From Thermodesulfovibrionales bacterium (GTDB lineage: Bacteria > Nitrospirota > Thermodesulfovibrionia > Thermodesulfovibrionales > SM23-35): DNA of 64,000 nucleotides. The notes under the pieces were generated by a model. That model made no database searches. It was given only the letters and a program-made list of their open reading frames with translations, and had not been told where the DNA came from. Of this stretch, positions 52,212 through 62,252 are shown in pieces. The position numbers and the translations under genes are program-made. The first letter of the stretch is position 1, and the number at the start of each line of letters is the position of its first letter. The DNA lies in contig CAVQRT010000007.1 of assembly GCA_963715195.1 (NCBI GenBank), positions 352,001 to 416,000 of the forward strand, in the 5' to 3' direction.

Positions 52212-52745
52212 ATGGATCAGAACAGCGAGTATAAATCAATTTTTGAAGCAATGCTCTTTCTTTCCGGAGACGTTTTGCCGGTCCAGTCTTTCAGGGAAAT
52301 CGTTGGAATATCCGAAGCTGATATGAAGCTTCTCATGAACGACCTCATTGCGGAGTATCGTGACAGGAATAGGGGATTGCTCATTGTCGAGATTGCCAAC
52401 GGCTATCAAATGGTAACAAATCCGGAATATGCCGGGTGGGTAAAGAAATTCAGGACTATCCATACTTCAAGCAGATTGTCCATGCCAGCGCTCGAAACGC
52501 TCGCGATTATCGCCTACAAGCAGCCGATTATTAAAGCCGAGATTGAGCAGATTCGCGGGGTGAACTCCGACAGCGCAATCAGAACCCTGTATGACAAGCG
52601 GCTGATCAAGATCATGGGCCGCAAAGAGGCTCCCGGTAGGCCTTTCCTCTATGGTACTACAAGAGAATTCCTCCAGTATTTCGGACTGAAGGATCTCACG
52701 GAGTTGCCTACCCTCAAGGATCTGAACCGGGAGGAAGCAGCATGA
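52212..52745 (+). CDS. scpB: SMC-ScpAB complex subunit ScpB
   Basis: LSMPALETLAIIAYKQPI, IRGVNS, PGRPFLYGTT..FL. Confidence 0.96.
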   Translation: MDQNSEYKSIFEAMLFLSGDVLPVQSFREIVGISEADMKLLMNDLIAEYRDRNRGLLIVEIANGYQMVTNPEYAGWVKKFRTIHTSSRLSMPALETLAIIAYKQPIIKAEIEQIRGVNSDSAIRTLYDKRLIKIMGRKEAPGRPFLYGTTREFLQYFGLKDLTELPTLKDLNREEAA

Positions 52746-53872
52746 TGAAAGCATCTAAGAACAGCTTGTATCTGTCTATTACTGCCTCTATTATTGCGGT
52801 CCTGATTGCCGGAAGCAGTTATGCTGAGGTTACATACAAGGTGAAAAAAGGTGATAATCCCTATAGCATAGCAAAAAAATTCAACGTCAACCATGACGAT
52901 ATCATTAAAATCAATGCAATCGACCCTCATCTTCTCAAGCCCGGCACCAGAATAACGATACCTTCCCAAAAGCATGCGAACCCCCAAAAAGCTGACCCTC
53001 ACCAGGAAACAACTGCTGAAGGTCCGGATCCTGTTCAGGAAAACGGAGATGATCGCATCCAAAAGGAAGAGCCTTCTTTTCATATCGTGAAAAAGGGAGA
53101 TACAATCTCGGCCCTCTCAAAAAAATATTCCATACCGGCACGGAAACTCATGGACATAAACAATTTACGATCCACAAGGCTCAGAATCGGACAAAAGATT
53201 GCGTTGAAGCGACCGGAGGTTTCAGATTACACCGTGCGCAAGGGCGACACGATCTGGGATATTGCAGCAAGATTTGACACCAGCCCGGAAAATCTGATGG
53301 CCATGAACAGTCTCGAAACAGATTCCCTGAAACCGGGCCAAAAAATTCTCCTGAAGCGGAAGCCTGAACCGGCGGAACCCAAACCTTATGAGGCGATACT
53401 CTCTCAGGGTGAGGAGGAGCATGAAAGCGAACCAATACGAGAAGCACCAGAGGCACCGGCGTCCGGATTACACAGCAGACTCATTCTGTTCGCAAAGAAG
53501 ATGCTGGATATTCCCTACCGTTTCGGCGGTAACAGCCTGATCGGTATTGATTGTTCTGCTTATGTAAAAAAGGTATACAGCATGATTGGCGTTGTTCTTC
53601 CCCGGTCGGCAAGGGAGCAGTTTAATGAAGGCACACCTATTGATGTGGATAACCTTTCGAGCGGAGATCTCGTCTTTTTCAGAACTTACGCATCATATCC
53701 GTCGCACGTGGGGATTTATCTCGGGAACAACCTGTTTATTCATGCCTCGTCAAAGAAGAAGAAGGTTACCATTGACCGCCTTGATACACCGTTCTATGTC
53801 AAGAGATTTATCGGGGCAAAAAGGCTTCTCGACTTGAGTGCAAATAATCAGGAACCGGGGAAAGAGGGATAA
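52742..53872 (+). CDS. LysM x3 plus NlpC/P60 peptidoglycan endopeptidase
   Basis: Three VKKGD/VRKGD LysM repeats; YRFGG, DCS, HVGIY, FIHAS. Confidence 0.93.
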   Translation: MMKASKNSLYLSITASIIAVLIAGSSYAEVTYKVKKGDNPYSIAKKFNVNHDDIIKINAIDPHLLKPGTRITIPSQKHANPQKADPHQETTAEGPDPVQENGDDRIQKEEPSFHIVKKGDTISALSKKYSIPARKLMDINNLRSTRLRIGQKIALKRPEVSDYTVRKGDTIWDIAARFDTSPENLMAMNSLETDSLKPGQKILLKRKPEPAEPKPYEAILSQGEEEHESEPIREAPEAPASGLHSRLILFAKKMLDIPYRFGGNSLIGIDCSAYVKKVYSMIGVVLPRSAREQFNEGTPIDVDNLSSGDLVFFRTYASYPSHVGIYLGNNLFIHASSKKKKVTIDRLDTPFYVKRFIGAKRLLDLSANNQEPGKEG

Positions 53873-53878
53873 CGGATT

Positions 53879-55876
53879 TCAAGAGACTATTGATCCCATA
53901 TCCGAGATATCATAACCTCCGAGTCCCGTAACCGTCTCACGAAATTCCCTGTCCCCGCGAATAAGTGATACCAGACACCTGATCATTTCAGTGTCGAGAT
54001 ATTCTGCAGGGATAGCCAGATCATAGCGCTCCTTCGCAACCGGGATAAAATCGAGATCGAGGGCACGTGCAGATGCAAGAATCGCGAGGCCCGTATCAGC
54101 AACTCCCGTCAGCACGGCTGAGGCAACACCCATATGGGTATATTCTTCTCTTTCGTACCCTTTTACCTGAGCGGGACTGATACCCGATTCCCTCAGACAT
54201 TTATCCGTCAGAAGCCTCGTCCCGGCGCCTGCCTGTCTGTTCACAAAAATGACGTCGCTCCTTGTCAGATCCTGAAATCCGGCAATATTTTTTGGATTGC
54301 CTTTCGTCACCAGGAGACCCTGCTCCCGGTAGACTAGATTCATGAGGATAATTTTCCTGTCCGGAAGGAGTCTCCGTATGAACGCGATATTGTATTCACC
54401 GGTCTCTTCGTCGAGCAGATGGGTGCCTGCGATATGAGCCTCACCCCGTTTCAGCGCAACCAGTCCGCCCATCGATCCCACGTGGGCTGAAGAGAGCGAG
54501 TATTTCGGGTAGCGCTTCTTCAAAATATTCGCGAGCAGGTCAAGAGTGTTGTCGTGACTCCCAATGCAAACGATAGTATTCTCGATATCATGTTTTGACC
54601 TCAGGAGTTCAACAGGAATTTCTGTACCGGAACCGATCCCTTCAGACATTGCAGGTATGCGGATAAAACCGTCCGCCCGCACCAGCGACATCAGAACTCC
54701 GGCCCCGCGGGTTATCGGCGTTGCAATATAGCGATCACCAACCTTCCCGACTTTCACGCGCACGAATTCTTCCTGTCCGGGGGTCGAAGCAACCTGCCGT
54801 GAAAGCATCGCGCTCAGAATATCAGGTTCTTTGAGCTCGATCCCCTGCATTTTATAGACAAGAGGCTTCACAAAGAGTGTGAAAGTGATATACGCAGAGA
54901 CCGGATAGCCGGGAATCCCGAGCACCGGCTTTCCCCTCACCCATCCAAGGATAAGAGGCTTTCCAGGTTTTATCCCAATGCCATGCAGCAGAACCTCTCC
55001 CAGGTCCCTGAGAGCCGCTCCGGTATAATCCTCGGTGCCTGCCGATGAACCTGCATTCACAACCACCATATCACCGGCAGCGATTGCGTCCAGAATTGTC
55101 TTTTTAAGCTGTCCGGGGTCGTCAGGGACGACGCCGAACCTGACCGGGTCGCCACCCCATTCAGAGACCAGCCCACTGAGAATCCTTGAATTATATTCGA
55201 TGATGTCGCCCTTCTTCAGAGGTGACCCGGGCTCTACAATTTCTGTACCGGTCGGCACAATGACCACCCGCGGCTTCCTTCTCACCGGCACCTCCGTATG
55301 CCCGCCTGCAAGCATTGCACCGATATCGACCGGCCTGATCTTATGATTTTCAGGAACAATCAACTCAGTTGCCACAATATCATCGCCGATGACCCTAATA
55401 TGCTGCCACGGAGGAGCAGACGCGATAATCTCTATGCATTCAGTGTCCTCTTTACGGTTCGCTGACCGCAACCCTTTATGGACGTCTGCTGATTCAGAAG
55501 GACCGGACGGCGGGCTTTGAATCTTCCGGATATTCACATCTTCAATCATAATCACCGCATTAAAGCCGTCAGGGATGGGATCGCCTGTATCGACAGGGAT
55601 AGCCTGCCTGCCGACAATAAGGCATTTAGGCGTCCTTTCCGAGGCACCGAATGTTTCAGGAAAGTTTACAGCATACCCGTCCATCGCTGACGAGTGATAA
55701 AAGGGGGAAGAGATCTTTGCGATGACCGCTTCGGCGGTAACCCTACCGAGAGAATCGATTAGCCTCACGGTCTCGGCGGGAAGAGGCCTGTCAACTGCTT
55801 CAGAGGCACACCGTTCAAGCCACTTTCTCAGCGCCTCATCCAGAGGAGTACTTTCAAGATAGACGTCCCGGGGCAC
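53879..55876 (-). CDS. moeA: Molybdopterin molybdenumtransferase fused to PBP/LysR-type substrate-binding domain
   Basis: SAMDGYAV, TGTE, KPGKP, PGYPVS; C-terminal GSHD..VGSMGGL..HLLD, NRQAGAGTR. Confidence 0.9.
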   Translation of the reverse strand: MPRDVYLESTPLDEALRKWLERCASEAVDRPLPAETVRLIDSLGRVTAEAVIAKISSPFYHSSAMDGYAVNFPETFGASERTPKCLIVGRQAIPVDTGDPIPDGFNAVIMIEDVNIRKIQSPPSGPSESADVHKGLRSANRKEDTECIEIIASAPPWQHIRVIGDDIVATELIVPENHKIRPVDIGAMLAGGHTEVPVRRKPRVVIVPTGTEIVEPGSPLKKGDIIEYNSRILSGLVSEWGGDPVRFGVVPDDPGQLKKTILDAIAAGDMVVVNAGSSAGTEDYTGAALRDLGEVLLHGIGIKPGKPLILGWVRGKPVLGIPGYPVSAYITFTLFVKPLVYKMQGIELKEPDILSAMLSRQVASTPGQEEFVRVKVGKVGDRYIATPITRGAGVLMSLVRADGFIRIPAMSEGIGSGTEIPVELLRSKHDIENTIVCIGSHDNTLDLLANILKKRYPKYSLSSAHVGSMGGLVALKRGEAHIAGTHLLDEETGEYNIAFIRRLLPDRKIILMNLVYREQGLLVTKGNPKNIAGFQDLTRSDVIFVNRQAGAGTRLLTDKCLRESGISPAQVKGYEREEYTHMGVASAVLTGVADTGLAILASARALDLDFIPVAKERYDLAIPAEYLDTEMIRCLVSLIRGDREFRETVTGLGGYDISDMGSIVS

Positions 55877-55878
55877 GT

Positions 55879-56226
55879 TTATTTATTGAGCAAGTTCTTA
55901 ATCATGTTTTTCAATTCATCGAGGTCCGACGACTTTACAATATAGGCTTCGGATGCCCAGACGGCAAAATCATCCCGGTAGTCGTATGCGGTGGACATGA
56001 TGATCGGAACCTTCGGATTCTTTTCCTTCATCTGCCTCAGCAGGCGGATACCGTCTATGTCGGGCAGCAGAATGTCGAGTGTTACGATATCAGGTGTTTC
56101 CTTCTCGAACATGTCCATTGCCTCCTGCCCGTTCGAGGCAACAACAACCTCGTACCCCTCATCTTCAAACTCCTCCTTGTACAGCCTCTGAATGTGCAGG
56201 TCATCATCAACGACAAGTATTTTCAT
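55879..56226 (-). CDS. Single-domain response regulator
   Basis: VVDDD, LDI, TAY, K. Confidence 0.92.
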   Translation of the reverse strand: MKILVVDDDLHIQRLYKEEFEDEGYEVVVASNGQEAMDMFEKETPDIVTLDILLPDIDGIRLLRQMKEKNPKVPIIMSTAYDYRDDFAVWASEAYIVKSSDLDELKNMIKNLLNK

Positions 56227-56245
56227 ATGCCTCCTCCCTCCCGTA

Positions 56246-58681
56246 TCACTCTTCTTTTATTGGTATTATCACCCTGAATGTGCTGCCCTCCCCTGCTGTG
56301 CTCTCCACTTCAATCCTTCCATCGTGTTCTTCAATAATCCGGTGGGTTATGGTAAGGCCGAGACCGGTACCGACTTCCTTGGTCGTATAAAATGGATCAA
56401 AAATAAACGGCAGGTCTTTTTCTGGAATGCCCGGTCCGGTGTCCCTGATCTCCAGCACGCAGGTCCTGTTCTTACGGTAAATTCTGAGCAGAATTGTTCC
56501 GTTGTTTCCCAACGCCTGCATGGCATTTTTTACAATATTGAGCAATGCGTCCTTTACCCGGTTCGGATCAACATAGAGTTCTACCGGGTCTCCGAAATCC
56601 AGTTCGAGGGAGATTCCCCGGTCGTCAATTTCCGAACGGATGAGGGCAATGACTTCCTCCATGAGTGTCTGAGCCGTAACGGGTTCTTTCCTGACCCGCG
56701 TTTCCTTCACAAAACTCAGGATATCATTGAGGATGTCTTCGAGCCTTCCGACTTCTTTGCCAATGATATCGGCATACTCTTTCTGGCCTCCGGTTAACTG
56801 CTTCTCGAGCCGGCGCGCAAAACCTCCGAGGGAAACGAGCGGATTCCGTATTTCATGAGCCACCCGTGCAGCTACCTCCCCAAGTGCAGCCATCCTATCT
56901 GTCTTGATCACCCGCTCCCTGAGAGTTTTCAGTTCCGTAATATCACTCATGATATTTACGGTTCCCATAAATCGGCCGTTTACATCAAAGATTGGTGAGC
57001 TCGACATGATGAACGTAGCACCCATAAAGGGGTCTTCAAGTTCCTGGACAAATGCCTCCTTCGTTTCGACCGTCCTGTGATGAGGACACTCAGCCCACGG
57101 CTGCTGCATCCCGTGAAATATCTCATAACATTTCTTCCCGATGATCTCCTCAGGGAGTTTACCCAGCCTTTTGCTGACCGCCTGATTGATGTTCTTCACG
57201 ACATAATCTTCCGCAACAAAGTAAACCATGTCGGAGATAGACTCAAAAATATTCTCGAGTTCCTGCTCCGCGAATTTCACCCGCTCGAAGAGCCGCGCGT
57301 TTTCGATCGCTGAAGCCACATGGTTTGAAAAGGCCGTCAAAAAGTGCATATCTTCTTCGATAATAGGCCTGTTGGTGAAATAGTTGTCTACCCAAAGGAC
57401 CCCGATTACTTTGTTCCGCGAGATGAGGGGAACAGCAGCAAAAGCCCGCGTCCCCAACTGCTGTATGAGGATAACATCCGAAAGCGGTTCTTTCCCGACA
57501 TCATCGATATTGAATTGCTTGTGTTCTTTCACGGCTTTGCTTAGCGACGTCTCCTCTGCAAGGGGGATCTCTATGCTCTGGCTCAGCTTGTCAAAAAAAG
57601 AATCCTTCCTCATCAGTCCGGTATCGATCTCGTCCATCATATCCGGCAAAGTCTTTTTCTCGAGGGATAACCTTTCCCAGACATGAAATGCCTCCTCATA
57701 GCTTGCAGGGCCCACCCCCATCGCTCCCCGCAAGACATTCTTCTCCTCGTCGACGAGGAAGAGGATTGCACGGTTGAAGCCGAGTCCGTCTCCCATGGTA
57801 ACCGCGGTGAGGACCATGCGCAGGACCCGGTTGAGATCGAGCGTTCCCCGCATGGCAGAACTGATGAAGAAAAGCCGCGAAAGTTCCTGGTTTCTCCTTA
57901 CCAGTTCTTTCTCGACGTTTTTCTTTTCCGAAATGTCGCGCGATATTCCACTGATGCCGATAATCTCCCCTGCTACATTCTTGATCGGAGAGAGCGTCAG
58001 GCTCACCGATATGATGGTGCCGTCTTTCCTCTTCCTGAATGTCTCGACTCTCCTCAGCACCTCCCCGTTTCTGATCTTCCTGTTGTTTTCCCACTCAGGG
58101 TCCATGAGAAATTCAGGGACAAACGGGAGATATTTTCCGATGGCTTCCTCTTTCGTAAACCCGTACATTCGCTCTGCACCGGTGTTCCAGGAGAGGATAA
58201 TTCCGTTCAGATCAGAGGTCACAATTGCATCGGCTGAATCTTCAATGATACTTTCGAGGTATTCCTTTGTCTGGGTAACCTCATTATAGAGTCTGAGAAC
58301 CTCGTCATGACAGAGCATCCTGTCAGTAATATCCTGGATAAAGACAACACACTCGATAACCTCTCCGTTCTCATTTTTTATCGGGTACGCCGACACTTCG
58401 GCGTACACCGCGGTATCCTGATTATTCTTCTTTTGGGTCATCGTGATCATCTGCCCTGTTTCAAATACCCCGACTGCTGCGCAATGAGGGCATATCTTGC
58501 CCTGTTCATGAAAAACTTCCCTGCAATCTCTGTTCAGGATTTCATCCGGTGGGTTACCGGTCCATTTTGTTAGGGACTCGTTTGCATCCACGATCCTGAA
58601 ATCCCTGTCAAGGATGACGATTCCGTCTCTGATATTCCTAAAAATCACTTCAGTAAATTTCTGGCTATCCTTCATATCCAT
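56246..58681 (-). CDS. PAS-PAS-GAF-PAS histidine kinase
   Basis: PAS/PAC repeats with CPHC/CPH motifs, GAF, AHEIRNPL, GTGLGL. Confidence 0.93.
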   Translation of the reverse strand: MDMKDSQKFTEVIFRNIRDGIVILDRDFRIVDANESLTKWTGNPPDEILNRDCREVFHEQGKICPHCAAVGVFETGQMITMTQKKNNQDTAVYAEVSAYPIKNENGEVIECVVFIQDITDRMLCHDEVLRLYNEVTQTKEYLESIIEDSADAIVTSDLNGIILSWNTGAERMYGFTKEEAIGKYLPFVPEFLMDPEWENNRKIRNGEVLRRVETFRKRKDGTIISVSLTLSPIKNVAGEIIGISGISRDISEKKNVEKELVRRNQELSRLFFISSAMRGTLDLNRVLRMVLTAVTMGDGLGFNRAILFLVDEEKNVLRGAMGVGPASYEEAFHVWERLSLEKKTLPDMMDEIDTGLMRKDSFFDKLSQSIEIPLAEETSLSKAVKEHKQFNIDDVGKEPLSDVILIQQLGTRAFAAVPLISRNKVIGVLWVDNYFTNRPIIEEDMHFLTAFSNHVASAIENARLFERVKFAEQELENIFESISDMVYFVAEDYVVKNINQAVSKRLGKLPEEIIGKKCYEIFHGMQQPWAECPHHRTVETKEAFVQELEDPFMGATFIMSSSPIFDVNGRFMGTVNIMSDITELKTLRERVIKTDRMAALGEVAARVAHEIRNPLVSLGGFARRLEKQLTGGQKEYADIIGKEVGRLEDILNDILSFVKETRVRKEPVTAQTLMEEVIALIRSEIDDRGISLELDFGDPVELYVDPNRVKDALLNIVKNAMQALGNNGTILLRIYRKNRTCVLEIRDTGPGIPEKDLPFIFDPFYTTKEVGTGLGLTITHRIIEEHDGRIEVESTAGEGSTFRVIIPIKEE

Positions 58682-58688
58682 AAGAACG

Positions 58689-60146
58689 TTACACCTTCTT
58701 TTTCCTGAGAGCGGTTTTATAGAGCTCGAGATACTGCTGGGCTGATCTTTTCCATGTGAAATTCGCCTTCATTCCGGCCCTGATTATGCTCTGCATCTTT
58801 TCCACATCGGTATAAACACAGAAGGCCCGCTTCAGTGCATCGAGCAGAGCAGGAGCCGTATAGTCGGAAAAAAGAAACCCTGTTCCCCTCCGTGTCAAAG
58901 GTTCAAAATCCTGAACCGTATCCACGAGCCCGCCTGTCCTTCTTGCCACAGGGACTGCGCCGTACCGCAACGCTATGAGCTGACTAAGTCCGCATGGTTC
59001 ATATTTCGAAGGCATCAGAAAATAGTCTGAACCTGCATAAATCCTGTGGGCAAGGGTCTCATCAAACCCTACCGTCACCGAGATGTTTTCCCGATATCTT
59101 TCCGACATCTCCTGAAAACTGCTCTGGAAGCGGTCTTCCCCCTTTCCGAGAACGACGAGCTTCACCCCATAAGACACGATGTCCGGAATCGCCTCTAAAA
59201 CAATATCCATCCCTTTTTGTTCGGATAAACGGGTGACCATGCCGATGAGGGGAACCTGGTCGTCCTCGCTGTCGTCTTCTTTTCTGAAGAGCATCCTGAG
59301 GAGCTCCCTTTTGCAGAGGGTTTTCCCGGACAGGTCACCGGCATGATAGTTGGCAGACAAGTGTTTGTCACTGGCAGGGTCCCACTCACGGTAATCGATT
59401 CCGTTTACGATGCCGAAGAGGTCATTTCTTCGCCTGTTCAGGACACCGTCAAGACCAAACCCTGATTCAGGCTGAAGGATCTCACTGGCATATGTTTGAC
59501 TGACCGTGCTCAAAAGATCGGAGGCGATCAATCCGCCCTTCAGAAAATTAACCTTTCCATAAAATTCAATCCCCTCAGGGTTAAACATTTCCCAACCGAG
59601 ATTTGTCAGAGACATGTGCGATGGAGGGAAAAGACCCTGATAGCCAATGTTGTGAATTGTCAGAAGGGTAGCAGTCTTCCTGAAAAAGGAATCTTTTCCG
59701 TAAAGGGTCCTCAGGTAGAGTGGTATCAGTGCAGTCTGCCAGTCATTGCAATGGATGATATCCGGTTTGTAAGAGATCGCCCTGCACATTTCAGGGACAC
59801 TCTTCGCAAAGAGTGCAAATCTCGATGCATTGTCGCTGTAATCGCCTGCTGCTGTTCCGTAAGGCTCTGGCCGGTCAAAAAATTCATCGCACGCAATAAA
59901 ATATGCGGCCTGTTTATGCTCTAATACCCTGCAGTTGAGCACCCTGTCTCCGACCTGTATGTCCAGCGAAACCCCGGTATCAGCAAGACGGATTTTGCTG
60001 TCCCTGATCCTTTTATAAAGCGGCAGCACAAGGACGGCGTCTTCTTTCAACTTCCGGAATTCTTTCAGCAGGGCACCGACGACATCGGCAAGTCCGCCGG
60101 TTTTTATATAGGGGACAGCCTCCGGCGAGGCAATCAGAATCTTCAT
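58689..60146 (-). CDS. glgA: Glycogen synthase
   Basis: KTGGLADV, HCNDWQT, TIHN, PSKYEPCGL. Confidence 0.96.
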   Translation of the reverse strand: MKILIASPEAVPYIKTGGLADVVGALLKEFRKLKEDAVLVLPLYKRIRDSKIRLADTGVSLDIQVGDRVLNCRVLEHKQAAYFIACDEFFDRPEPYGTAAGDYSDNASRFALFAKSVPEMCRAISYKPDIIHCNDWQTALIPLYLRTLYGKDSFFRKTATLLTIHNIGYQGLFPPSHMSLTNLGWEMFNPEGIEFYGKVNFLKGGLIASDLLSTVSQTYASEILQPESGFGLDGVLNRRRNDLFGIVNGIDYREWDPASDKHLSANYHAGDLSGKTLCKRELLRMLFRKEDDSEDDQVPLIGMVTRLSEQKGMDIVLEAIPDIVSYGVKLVVLGKGEDRFQSSFQEMSERYRENISVTVGFDETLAHRIYAGSDYFLMPSKYEPCGLSQLIALRYGAVPVARRTGGLVDTVQDFEPLTRRGTGFLFSDYTAPALLDALKRAFCVYTDVEKMQSIIRAGMKANFTWKRSAQQYLELYKTALRKKKV

Positions 60147-61138
60147 ATCTTTGCTTCCCGCATAAATCGTGCTGACTCTTCAGGTGGTGTGGGGTTGATA
60201 TAAAAACCTGATCCCCATTCAAACCCTGCTATTTTTGTCAGTTTCGGCACCAGTTCTATATGCCAGTGATAGTAATCGTTTATCTCCTCAACAAATGGAG
60301 AGGTATGGAGCACAAAATTATATGGCGGGATATCCAGAATCCGGTCTATCTGCTTCAGGGTAACCCGGAGTATTTCCGCCAGCTGAAGGAAAGTGTTTTC
60401 CGGGGGATAAAAACTTGATTCATGCTTCTTGGGTAATATCCATGTCTCGAATGGAGCACTCGGAGCAAAGGGGGCGAGAGCAACATATAGAGCGTTTTCG
60501 TAGATTACCCTCTTTTTGGATTCGAGTTCCTGGCTGATAACATCGCAGAAGATGCACCGCTCTTTGAGATCGTAGTAACGCTTTGCCGAGTCCATCTCTT
60601 CTTTGACCAGCTTCGGTATGATCGGAAGGGCAATAAGCTGGGTATGCGAATGCTCAAGAGAGGCGCCTGCAGCATCTCCCTCATTCTTGAAAATCAGGAC
60701 ATATTTGAACCTACGATCTCTCCTGAGATCAGTCAGCCGCATATAGTAGGCCCATAGGGCATCCTCAACCCCTTTCAGAGGCATCGTTGCGAGCGACTGC
60801 ATGTGATCAGGGGTTTCGACAATAACCTCATGGGCTCCGATACCGTTCATCTTGTCAAAAATACCCTCTCCCAATTTGTTTAGTTCGCCGAAAACATTCA
60901 GAGCGGGGAATTTGTTTGACATTGCCCTGAGGGTCCATCCGGGAGAATTCGGTTTTGTGTCGGCGGGCCTGAATGCCATGATTTCTGCAGGTGTGGTATA
61001 CTCGTTGCCGGGACAGAACGGACAGAATCCGCCCCGTTTCTTCTGGGAAGGTGAGACAAAATCAGTTGGCCTTTTCCCCCGTTCGACAGAGATAATCACC
61101 CAGCGTCCGGATATGGGATCTTTCCTCAGCTCCGACAT
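60143..61138 (-). CDS. galT: GalT-family hexose-1-phosphate nucleotidyltransferase
   Basis: ELRKDP, CPFCPGNE, NKFPAL, GASLEHSHTQ; GGAGG SD before ATG 61138; substrate uncertain. Confidence 0.85.
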   Translation of the reverse strand: MSELRKDPISGRWVIISVERGKRPTDFVSPSQKKRGGFCPFCPGNEYTTPAEIMAFRPADTKPNSPGWTLRAMSNKFPALNVFGELNKLGEGIFDKMNGIGAHEVIVETPDHMQSLATMPLKGVEDALWAYYMRLTDLRRDRRFKYVLIFKNEGDAAGASLEHSHTQLIALPIIPKLVKEEMDSAKRYYDLKERCIFCDVISQELESKKRVIYENALYVALAPFAPSAPFETWILPKKHESSFYPPENTFLQLAEILRVTLKQIDRILDIPPYNFVLHTSPFVEEINDYYHWHIELVPKLTKIAGFEWGSGFYINPTPPEESARFMREAKI

Positions 61139-61283
61139 AGCACCTCCGTGGAAAGGCATGAAGCACAAACCCACCGGCATGATCCCAGGCTGTTTAGATT
61201 GTTCGCCGGATGCCCGTCAGGCTTTATCTTCAGCCGGTCCTGCATTTTTGGTAGTATTATATCACAATGATCTATAATCACTT

Positions 61284-62252
61284 ATGAAACCCTCATTCAT
61301 GCACAGAATGGTCAATACCCCTTTTGATGACCCCGGTTTGTTCGTCAGAATATTCAGGGAAAAAAGGGCTTTGCTCTTCGATGCTGGAGATATTTCCCGG
61401 TTAAAATCCGGCGACCTGCAGAAGATAACGGACGTATTCATAACACATACCCACATCGATCATTTCATAGGATTTGATACGCTCGTCAGAGCGCTCTTGA
61501 GAAGGTCCGTTCCTCTTCATGTCTACGGCCCGGCCAACATAGACGATTGCATAGAGGGAAAGCTGAAAGGATACACATGGAATCTCATCACGGAATACCC
61601 GCTTAAGATAGAAGTCTACGGTATCGACGGCAATACCATATGCCATTCAAGTTTTCATGCCGAAAACAGGTTTCAGCGGAGAATACACCGTATCCGCAAA
61701 ATGAGCGGTGTTCTCTTCAGGGAACCGCTCTTCACGGTCAAAGCGCTCCAGCTCGATCATCAAATCCCGTGCCTTGCGTATTCGCTTGAAGAGGATTTCC
61801 ATATCAATATTAATAAAGCATTGTTACGGGAAATGGCCCTCCCGGTAGGTCCCTGGCTGTCAGAACTGAAAGATGCAATCAGGGTTCGGATGCCGGGGAA
61901 TACCGAATTTGTCGTATCAGGCAGACAGTACAGGCTTGATGAGCTGCAGGCAATCGCAACCATCACGAAAGGCCAGAAGATATCCTATGTGACTGACGTA
62001 TCATTAACGGATGACAATATCCGGAGGATCATTGAATTCGTGAGGGATTCCGATACCCTCTATTGTGAGGCCTATTTTATGGACAAGGATATCGATATGG
62101 CGAGAAAAAGATTTCATCTCACCGCAAAGATTACCGGAAGCATCGCGCGCCGGGCTGGAGTAAAACACCTCGTCGTCATGCATTTCTCTCCCCGGTACCG
62201 GAACCTGCCCGAAAGTCCTGGGGAGGAGGCAATGCGGGAATTCATGAAGTAA
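61284..62252 (+). CDS. Ribonuclease Z-like metallo-beta-lactamase
   Basis: THTHIDH, YVTD, EAYF, HLTA, HFSPRY. Confidence 0.8.
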   Translation: MKPSFMHRMVNTPFDDPGLFVRIFREKRALLFDAGDISRLKSGDLQKITDVFITHTHIDHFIGFDTLVRALLRRSVPLHVYGPANIDDCIEGKLKGYTWNLITEYPLKIEVYGIDGNTICHSSFHAENRFQRRIHRIRKMSGVLFREPLFTVKALQLDHQIPCLAYSLEEDFHININKALLREMALPVGPWLSELKDAIRVRMPGNTEFVVSGRQYRLDELQAIATITKGQKISYVTDVSLTDDNIRRIIEFVRDSDTLYCEAYFMDKDIDMARKRFHLTAKITGSIARRAGVKHLVVMHFSPRYRNLPESPGEEAMREFMK

